From: the human T2T-CHM13v2.0 reference genome, Homo sapiens
Length of the DNA: 64,000 bases
Direction: 5' to 3' (one strand)
Assembly: GCF_009914755.1 (NCBI RefSeq)
Contig: NC_060929.1
The position numbers were made by a program, and so were the translations under genes. Below the pieces are notes generated by a model that did no database searches, had not been told where the DNA came from, and saw only the letters and a list, made by a program, of their open reading frames with translations. The first letter of the stretch is position 1, and each line of letters starts with the position of its first letter. Below, piece after piece: positions 53,388 to 64,000 of the stretch.

Positions 53388-53736
53388 CTTATGTTGTACA
53401 TTAAGTTATGCTGCTTTGTTCTGATTTGCCAAAACAAAAGCAAAAACAGACTGCAGTTCGTTCTCCCCCTCCATTCACTAAGCATATGAACTAGAGTGAG
53501 CAGGAGAAGAGAAAAATAAATCTGCTCTTCTTTCTTTCAGGTTCTGTGTGCCTCTCTATGTATAAACCCTCAGCTCACTGAGTGTGAGTCAGTCTGCTGG
53601 TCGAAGGTGCACTTTTTTTTTTTTTTGCACAATCTGGATGTTATGCCAGTTTTCAAGTGACAAGACTGGAGAAAAAATAGACTGTATTGAACTTACTGAG
53701 AGCTGCTCACATTAGCTGTCTCGTGGCATGAGTGGA

Positions 53737-54187
53737 GTAGAGTTGCCGGATAAAATGCAGGGTGCCCAGTGCTGCAGTCAGAATGTGTGAGTCCCTCATA
53801 ATTTATATGTTGAAAAACTAATTACCAATGTGATGGTATTAGGTGAAGCTTTTGGAAGAGCATTAGATCATGAGACCTCAAGCCTCATGAATAGGACGAA
53901 CGTCATTATAAAAGAGGACCCAGGGAGCTGCTTTCCACTTTTCCACCATATGAAGCTATAGCCAGAAGACAGCCCTCACCAAACACCGAATCTACTGGCG
54001 CCTTAATCTTGGACTTTCTAGCCTCCAGTGCTTTGAGAAATAAGTTTCTGTTGTTTATATGCTGCCTACTGTATGGTGTTTTATTATAGTAGCCCAAATA
54101 AATGATGACATCCTGTTAACTTTGAGTTGCAGATAAACAACAAATACTTTTTCAGTATGTTTAGATTTGTGAAATTTGACAACCCTA
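53737..54187 (+). mobile_element. MER53 MITE split by an MLT1A0-like LTR (about 53770-54110)
   Basis: tagagttgccggataaaat / atttgacaacccta termini; MLT1A motifs inside. Confidence 0.75.
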
Positions 54188-54850
54188 CCTTAAATCCTAT
54201 AGTTTAAGGGATATTTAAATAATTTTCCATGGGTATTTTTGATATTAACTGATTTCCATTTCATGTTCTGATTTTTTAATGTAACCCTCATGTGAGATAA
54301 AACCATTTATACTTTTATAAAATTCATCCATAGCCATCATCTCATTAGATCTCCACAACAATCTTCATAGGGACTCAAATTTTATCTTATGCATCTCTAT
54401 TTTCCAGATAGGGATGTTGATATTCATAAAGGATAATCATGTTAACTCAAGACCATTTGGAGAGTTAAGAGGCGGGGTTGGGACTTAAATCTAAGTTGTC
54501 TATCTTTTAGTCCAATGTTCTCCCTTCCACAAACTCACTCCTGCATGGGAATGAATAATAATTGGTTAATCAGATGAATATATTCTTTATATATATATTT
54601 ATATGTGTGATATATACTATACATTATAATACTATAAAATAAAATTATATAATAATATTACCTCTTTGATAATGTTGTGCCTTAACATAGTTAAAATGTT
54701 TGCTTTTCTTCAAGAGCCTAAACACAGGTGATGTAGGATGTGGTAGCCTTCTACTGAGAGATTCAACAGTCCCATCTGAACACCTTAAAATTTCAGCATG
54801 TAGATTATCACCCACTGAAAGCATGCAGTGGCATAATAAAATTGGTGTAT

Positions 54851-55192
54851 TTAGCTCCCATTTATAAGTGAGAACATGTGGTATTTGGTTTTCTGTTTCT
54901 GTGTTAGTTTGCTAAAGATAATGGCCTCCAGCTGCATCCATGTCCCTGCAAAGAGCATGATCTCATTCTTTTTTATGGATGCATAGTACTCCTGGACATT
55001 TGCGACAACACACACTGGTGCCTTTCAGAGGGTGGAGGGTGGGAGGAGGAGAAAGATCAGGAAAAATAACTAATGGGTACTAGGCTTAATACCTGGGTGG
55101 TGAAATAATCTTTATAACAAACCCCCATGACACAAGTTTACCTATGTAACAAACCTACACTTGTACCCCTTAACTTAAAATAAAAGTTAAAA
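54851..55192 (+). mobile_element. Short L1PA11-13-like 3' end with a 5' inversion
   Basis: 54851-54992 antisense, then sense up to the poly-A; TSD aaaattggtg(tat/cgt). Confidence 0.9.
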
Positions 55193-57810
55193 AAAATTGG
55201 TGCGTGAATTATGGAAAATATGTTTGACAATAGACCTTTACATAATTAAACTCTTCGGAAAAGCCCTGCCCCCATGCCCACACTCATGCAAGCATGTACT
55301 ATCCGTGCCTTTTGTTGAAACATATATCTAAATTTCCCTTGACGAAATCACTTTCAGATGGTTCATCTCACTGAGTTTTATGGTTTCGATAGTGTCAACC
55401 TGTTTTCTCTTCATATTTTGTTTGGATTTCTGGGAATAGGAGAAATTTGCACAATGCCAATATAATATAATAGTTATTTATTTACAAAAATGTTCTAGAT
55501 GATTAGTAACACATGCCAGGGCATGTCGTCATGACTGAAGCAGTTTTCAAGTCAGCCATTTCTCTGATGTAATTGTCTCTCTTAATCATTAGAGGCCTTC
55601 CTGACCGAAGGGGGGATTTAATGGTAATATCAGGAGGAATAAATTATGAGTGAATAATTTTTTTGATTCTGAAAATGCCCTGAGCATAATGTTCATGACA
55701 TTGTCAGTTACTGGCTTCTAAAAATGCCATATTTTCAAAGAATGGAACAAACAAGTGCCAACCTAAATGTGGCTCACCAGGGCACACTGAGGTAGAAAAA
55801 CCTGTAAGACATTAATATATGTGAGGATGTGTGGCTGAAATGTCCCTATCCCCATGCATTTATGAGGGAATGACCTCATTTTCTGTTACTTTATCTGCCT
55901 ATAAGTCAGCTCATTAAAGCCATTTTCAGTGAAATCCTCAGCATTTTATTCAGTAGACAAGTTCCTCTTCTTCATCAGGGATAGATGGCAGTGAGCAGGC
56001 ACAGGATGATTTTACTGAGGAAGTCCAAGGAATATGGAAACCGAAAAAAAAAACATTAAGAAAGAGGGGAGAAGCTAGAGGGGAAAGCAGTCAAAGTGAA
56101 GGAGAGAGCACTGGTGAAGAAAATATAGCAACTGAGACTTTAAGTCCTTTTTAATAGTGGAAAATTACGACCTATGCTCAAAGGAAAAAGATGCTTTATA
56201 AGTTCCTTGGACATCAAATATCATTTTGATACTTGATACTTAAATGAGAGAGAAATGTGCTGCTTAAAGTTCCTTTGAAATCCACATTGGATATAAAACT
56301 GAGGTCTAAAAATATTCTTAGCATAAATAAATTTATAGGCTACCAGTTCTGGAAGAAACTGCAAATAGATCAAAACACAACCCTACAGCACCCCAGTTTT
56401 CACCCTCTTTGCTACTGGCATAGAAAAGATATTTTGATTTTTTTAACTTAAATAAAGAAGCAGTAGCTAAAAAGAGGCATCGAGCACAGATTCAAATGAA
56501 CAGAACTGATGAAGTGGAGATGAATATGCCTGAATTAATCATAATGCTTTAATCAGGGTTTTCTAATGCTAGTTAATTGCATCCACAAAATGTAGCACCA
56601 AATGAGTTTGGTGAGTTGTAAAAGGGAGACTTAGGGATCCCAAATAGAATCCTGTTTTGAACAAGGGTGATGTGAAAAAATTGACCAATTACCACTCAAT
56701 CTGTTGTGTGCCCAACTGACTGAATACGCTTGGCTATCAGTCAACTCAATTAAATTATAGGCATAAATTAAACTTATATCATAAAGCTACCATATTCAAT
56801 TTCATTTGTTTCCCTAAGTAATTCCATTCCCAAGTGACATTAGACAGTTCCCACGTCTAAAAATAAATTCTCTTTCCTTTCTAATGTAGTTTCTATTAAT
56901 TTGCTTCCACTGCCTAATAATTACAATAGTTAAGCCCCTGTGGTATTGAAGTGTCCATGTGTTCAATGTGATTTTGGTCCCCAGCACTGTCACAGCAGGG
57001 AACTCCATGATCTCTTCCCTTCAGACATCACTCTGGCCTTACTGACAAGACCTAAAATTTCTATTACTAATTTCCCTCTTTGGCATAGTAAATAAAAGAT
57101 TTATATTTTACCCTGCCCATGTACTCTGGAGAACTATATCCTAATCATGGCATTTGTTATTGTTGACAAGCCATTTTAATAATTGAAAGCAAACCACTTA
57201 TTTTTCTCAGCAACATATCCAGGTGACTTCACAGCAAAGACCTTCTGGTGAAACTATGTGTCATTATCATTTGTAAGCTGCTAAGTTCTCTGTGACCCCC
57301 GCCTCCCCAGATGGACTTGTTTCAACATCTGAGTCCACGAGAGTGAGCACGCTCTGAGAAAATCCAATTCTCATTTGGACATAAAATTTTTATAAACAAA
57401 AATATATTCTTTCTGAATTTCCTTATAAGATCCAAGCCTTCAAACCTTTGAGGCTGTTACTAACAGGTTTATAACTCAAGTTTCTAATATATTACTTTGT
57501 CTTTTTTGAGGAGAGATACTTTTTCTTATATAGTTCTTCTCTGGTTTGATAAATTGAATAATGTCAGGCCATGAGGGTGAACACACAGGTAAGAAAGTTA
57601 ATATGTGGTTGAGGTGGGGTGGGAAAATGATTGGTGGGTGGAAGGAGTGAAAATCATCCAGTGAAGATAAATTACACAAGGCAAGCCAATCCTTATGTCT
57701 ACATTCCTGGACTATTGAGGCCTATATTTAAAAACATACCCACCTGACTTACCTAAAACTGACATCTCTCTTTCTCTCTCCAAGAGATGAGATGGATATA
57801 TGGATTTTCT

Positions 57811-57812
<2 letters not shown>

Positions 57813-57856
<44 letters not shown>
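57813..57856. repeat. (GA)22 microsatellite
   Basis: Read directly from the sequence. Confidence 0.97.
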
Positions 57857-57860
<4 letters not shown>

Positions 57861-58575
57861 TTTATTTATACATAAAACAGTATAAATAAAACAATATGTT
57901 ATTTGTATATTTTATGCGTCCAAAGTCAAGACACTGGCAGACACCTGCTTGTTGATCACTTGTATTCAACAAGTTACTCAGTAAATTTGGCTGTGCTACA
58001 TCGATGCATTAATTTTGGTTTGCAAAAGCCTATTCTCTGTGTTATAGTAAAGGCCTTGTTTCCTCCCAATCAATAATACTTTATGCTAAAAAACAGGGCA
58101 GATTCTAGGCAAATCTTGAAATGGGAAGATTGTTTTCTTAATTATCCATCTGCTTTTCCTTTCTGAGCCCTCCAAAACACTTTTTTTGGTTACCTCTCAT
58201 TTACGCAATTCAGATTCTTTTACTATGATGCCCAACAGTTTAGGACAGATATATGAGAGGGAATTTTCTATTAAGTGGTGGGGAGTGGTAACAGACTAAC
58301 TTTCCAATACCTTAGTTTCCATATATATAAACTTACAACTAAAATATCTCTTCACAGAAATGTTATAGGATCAAAAATAAATAAGGTCATATAATATACA
58401 AAACAGAATAGACCAAACCAAACTTTCTCTTTTTGGTTTCACTCATTTATAAAAATAAGTGATATTACAGCATGAGGGAGATTCTTTTCAAACATAGCTG
58501 CACCAATTCCTTCCATACTTTGCAATGTGGCTTTGAAGCTATTCCCATCAAGAGGTAGAGCCTAGTTTCCCCAAT

Positions 58576-58858
58576 TTTTTTTTTTTTTTTTTTAGACAGA
58601 GTCTCACTTTGTGGCCCAGGCAGGACAGCAACGGCATGATCTCAGCTCCCTGCAACCTCTACCTCCTGGGTTCAAGTGATTCTCCTGCCTCAGCCTCCTG
58701 AGTAGCTGAGATTACAGGCCCCCACCACCGCGCCTGGCTAATTTTTGTATTTTTAGTACATGTTGGTCAGGCTGGTCTTGAACTCCTAACCTAAGGTGAT
58801 CCACCACCTCGGCCTCCCCAAGTGCTAGGATTACAGGCGTGAGCCACTGCGCCTGACC
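58576..58858 (-). mobile_element. AluS inserted in an old MLT1-like LTR
   Basis: TSD tagtttccccaatt / tagttttcccagtt. Confidence 0.92.
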
Positions 58859-59062
58859 TAGTTTTCCCAGTTCTTAAACATAGCTGGCCTTGTGACTTGC
58901 TGGCAAATTAGGCCAGTAAATCCCTCAACATTCCTGTTGAATTTTGACATCATTCAGAATTTCCCTCAAGATAATACATAAAGTGAAAATTATATTTATT
59001 AAAACCAGAAAATTTCCCTGGAGATTCAGTTATACCAGAGATTAAATTAAAGTTTGTTCTAA

Positions 59063-59416
<354 letters not shown>

Positions 59417-60701
59417 CCTGCCTAATTTTAGAGACAAGAAATATAAATACTCATTTTCCCAGCTTTGTTTGCAATTGTGGTGGTAATATGACACCATTAT
59501 AATAAGTAAAATGCTTTGGAGATCTAATAAACAATAGGTAATAAACATACTGTGGGGATGTATGAGAAACTAAGAAGTTAGATAAGAAGAAAGAGTTGTA
59601 GTAGCTGTCTCCCTTCTCTGCTTTATTGTATTTTGAATTTAGACATGATGCCACAAGCAATGGCAGTCATCTTGTCATCATGGGGGAAAGGCCAAGACAC
59701 TCACAGATATGCAGCTATGATATTTTTATGCCATTGAACAAGTACCTCCAAACCCGCTGTTTTGTGAGAAAAATTAACTTCAATTTATTTGGATTATTTT
59801 TCATTAGGACTTTTTGTTACTTGCCAAATTCATAACAAACATAATGGGATTCTAAATTGATGAAATGTTTTGGGAGGGGAATTGAACAAAATTATCAAAT
59901 TATGAATGCACTAAGTTGTATCACTGCAACTTCATTTTGGATTATGTAAATTTATCCTAAAGAAATATTCACTCACATACACAAAGACACGTATACAAGA
60001 ACATTGATTTCAGTACTCTGTAATGATAAACAATTTGAAATAAAATGAATGTTGACCATGAAGAAAAGTGGTTAAATAAATCATCATCACTATGCAGCCA
60101 TAAAAAAAGAGAGACCCTAAAGGCACAAACCCAAAAAGACCATCAAAATACATTGTATGTAAAAAAAATACATGAAAAAACAATATCTATAATATGGCCA
60201 CATTTATGTGAAAATGTGTGTGTACATAAGTTTGTATATGAAACGTTGAGAATTTTTTTTTCAGGGAAAAGGGCTAAGTTTTCAATTTTTCTAATCCTCA
60301 GGACTGTTTGAATTTTGGTCAAATATGTTCACATATAAACAGGCTGCATAAATAAATTTATTCATAAAAAAATAAACACTTGATAGCAGCTTAAATGCTT
60401 AACTTTCCCATGAGAATTTGAGTTTCAGATAGTAATTAAAGGAGTGGAATGGAATTCCATGTAAACAGGAGAAAAATATATATGGAACCTCTTTGGCCTC
60501 TAAAATCATACAGTATAGGTAGTGACTTCTTTAGCTCTCTCTTAAGCAAACCATTTCCCTTTGGTATTAAAAGGAAGAAAGATGAATCTTCAGGGAAAAG
60601 GGAAACATTATTAGCATAATAGTTAAAAGTCTTATATGCCATTAATTCTGATTAGTTGCCTAAAGATAAGTTAGAGATACGTAAGTTGAGGTTTTCCCTA
60701 A

Positions 60702-61028
<327 letters not shown>

Positions 61029-61042
61029 TCTACTGCTTCTTT

Positions 61043-61297
61043 ATTAATTTTTAATTTTTGTGGGTACATAGTAGGTGTATATATTTGTGGGATACATGAG
61101 ATGTTTTGATGCAGGCATGCAATGTGTAATAATCACATCATGGAAAATGGGGTACCCATCCTCTCAAGCATTTATTCTTTGTGTTACACACAATCCATTT
61201 ATACCCTTTTACTTATTTTTAAATGTAAAATTAAATTATTATTGACTATAGTCACCCTGTTGTGCTATCAAATACTGTCTTATTCATTCTTTCTAAC
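61043..61297 (-). mobile_element. L1MA2/3-like 3' end
   Basis: tttgtgggtacatagtaggtgtatatattt ... gactatagtcaccctgttgtgctatc. Confidence 0.85.
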
Positions 61298-62162
61298 TGG
61301 TGCTTCTTGACTCTTTAGTTTTTGAATTAGAATAAAATCATTTCACTGACTCAACAATTTGAGAATGACAAAAATTACTTGGAACCAAACAATTTTTATC
61401 CTTCTAATGATTACTAATTCCTAATTGATTAAATGTTATGTAGTTTTTTGATTTGATTATTATCACCACCTATCACAAACCAAAAATGGAAAACTCTTAG
61501 AGCAATCAATCTTTTAAATATTTTAGCTCACATTTTGATGGTGTCTTGATAATATTGATGAATTCAAGTTTATAAATTGTATCTACTGCTTTTCTACCCA
61601 TTCCAAAAGCATGGGTATTATTTTCTACTCTCTTTTTTCTTTCTCCCTCTCTTTCCTTCTTCCTTTTGTTCATAGACAGATACATTCAAAAGATCTATAG
61701 ATAAATGGAGCAAGGATAGACTATTACTGGAATGAGCTATTCCGAAAAAGTGAGAATCAATGAGTAGTGTATCTTTACAATTGCATCACTTTTGTCATAA
61801 TAGCTAACATTTATTGACCACTCATTATGTCACCGGCATGACAGTAATCACCGTGCACATGCATTTTCTCACTTAATCCTTCTATAATATATGAGATCAA
61901 TACTATTACTTTTTCCAGTTTACTGATGAAGTAGTTGCTACTTAAATAAATTTAGTAATTTTCCCAAGATAGCTTGTATGAGATTCTATTTCAGGTCTGT
62001 TTGGCTCCAGAATTCAAACTGTTCATTATTCTCTATAGCCTCCAAAATGCATCAGCCATGAGCTGGCATATGACATATATAAGGTGAGCTGTATATATGT
62101 CCCCTGTTGACTGGGGCATTGTTTGTCTTGATAAACATTTAGCTATATAGGTAGGGCCAGGG

Positions 62163-62164
62163 GT

Positions 62165-62205
<41 letters not shown>
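62163..62205. repeat. (TG)n microsatellite
   Basis: Read directly from the sequence. Confidence 0.93.
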
Positions 62206-62206
<1 letters not shown>

Positions 62207-63508
62207 TTTGTGTGTATATGTTTGTTGAATGAATAAATATATACATGAATGAATAACTAATGAATATGAACATAAAATTGAATCAACTCATTTTTCTTCA
62301 GAAAAGCAGATTACTCTTCAGGATGCTATTTATTAAGTCGTTTCCTTCCTTTAGATATTTGGCTGGAAAAAAATCTCTAAGATGCCTTTAGTTCAATAAT
62401 TTTCCATTCTAGGAAATACTTTTTATTAGTTGCAGAGAAATAGCCAAAAAATTGAGCCTTACTGAATTTTCCATCCAAGGATGAAGAAAGTCCAAGTGGA
62501 ACAGGAATTGAAAATAACCTCAAAACAATGTGTTCTTCTTTGCTTCCTCCGCTTACTGAGTCATCGAGAAAGACGCTGAGAGAGCTGACTTTGAAGAGCT
62601 CCCAAGATAGTTTTCCAGATGACCTCTTGGTCACAAGCGCCTGTTATTTTGAAAGGCTTAAGTACCATAGAGAGAGCAAAGGGAGTGGGTGAAATTTCCT
62701 TCCTTGATTGGTGCATTATTCTGAGAAGTGCTGATGCAGATTGTCCTGACCCAGAGGAGGGGAGTTAGAACCCCTAGCTTTGCCTAATTTACAAATTTTG
62801 GAACTAATTAACCTTTTAAAAGTAAATCAAACTTCTCAAACTAAAGAAAGTGAGAATAATTTCCATATGCATGACACAAAATCAAGCAAAAGAAAACCTA
62901 GAATATACATTTGTCAGTACATAAAAGAGACTGTAGGTAGGGCCTTCCTTTAATTCAGCTCACCCTCTGCTACTACCAGAATAACCTTTTTAGTGCACAG
63001 TGCGTATATGTGTGTGGGCAATGGGGGTGAAATTAAACCCATGCTTCAGCCCATTGTGTAACTATTGATGCCTAGTATACCAAATTAGTAGAGCTCTCTA
63101 CTTAGCTCTAGCACTATCTCCCCCAGCAACCATCCTAACATGAATTATTTGCTCCAGATAAAATGATTTAGCTATTTTTAAATGAGCTTCCACGTATGGC
63201 AATATTAACATTTAGCATTAATCATGCATGTACTATATGTTAAATAGTCTTCTAAATGCTTTACGTAGATGATCTCATGACTCCATGAGGTAAATACCAT
63301 TTTATAGGTAGAGATATTGGGACCATATGGAACCTCTCCAAGGTCAGAGAGCTGTAAGTGGTAAACTGGAACTTGAACTTAAGCATTTTAACTCCCCAAT
63401 GCTTTAACTATCAATTCTCTGTCTATAGAAATCAAATGGTCTAAACCTTTTATTGTATTCTTTGGCCAAGATACAGGATCACATTCACAGCTGAAAGTAA
63501 AGATTTAG

Positions 63509-63671
63509 ATTGGGCATTGTCCTTTGTGCCTGTAATCCCAGCACCTTGGGAGGCTGGGGTGGGAGAATCACTTGTGCCCAGGAGTTCAAGATTACAGTGA
63601 GCTATGACTGTGCCTCTGCACTCCACTCCAGCCTGGGCAACAGAGCAAGACTCTGTCCCTTAAAAAATAAT
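63509..63671 (+). mobile_element. Free Alu monomer (FRAM/FAM-like)
   Basis: Single monomer; TSD agtaaagatttag. Confidence 0.88.
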
Positions 63672-63759
63672 AGTAAAGATTTAGGATGGTTTTCAAATAA
63701 AACTGAGTAGCATAACCTTCTTCTACCTTAAGAATTTGGAAGACCTATATACATATATC

Positions 63760-64000
63760 ATGTGAATTCAGTTCATTTAGTCATTCAACAAATGTGTATT
63801 GAGTACCTGCTATACGTAGACACTATTTTAGGCATGACACATACAGGAGGAAACAAACAAATTCTCCTCCTCGTAAAACTTATATTCTAGTTTCTCATAT
63901 TTAATCAAAAGAAACAAAGTCAGCCTAGGTAATGTAAAAAAAGCTTTCACCACTGGCAAGGGACAATCAGATATTATTTGCTTTCTTTTGGGGGACTGAT
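63760..64000 (-). mobile_element. L2 3' end
   Basis: tcattcaacaaatgtgtattgagtacctgcta. Confidence 0.7.

Overview
Primate (probably hominid) genomic DNA, AT-rich and dominated by interspersed repeats. I found no recognisable cellular protein-coding gene, RNA gene or CRISPR array. Nearly all ORFs in the track are Alu-, L1- or ERV-derived, or are chance ORFs. The main landmarks are a decayed ERV-L provirus with MLT2B LTRs (11291-19415, minus strand) carrying several nested insertions, and a 6 kb full-length but inactivated L1 (about 28190-34235). There are also about 15 Alus, many MaLR/ERV1 solo LTRs, DNA transposons, MIR/L2 relics and microsatellites. I see no new biological system. The noteworthy signals are fossil DNA-repair and retrotransposition events: (1) an inverted, templated copy of the window-start sequence inside an AluY 37 kb away; (2) a chimeric L1 with a young body, an older 3' end and no TSD; (3) a rare variant shared by two inverted L1s; (4) a local templated insertion in ERV-L gag; (5) a TSD-flanked orphan retrocopy inside Tigger3; (6) two twin-priming inversions. 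Subfamily names come from recalled consensus motifs, not from a database search.
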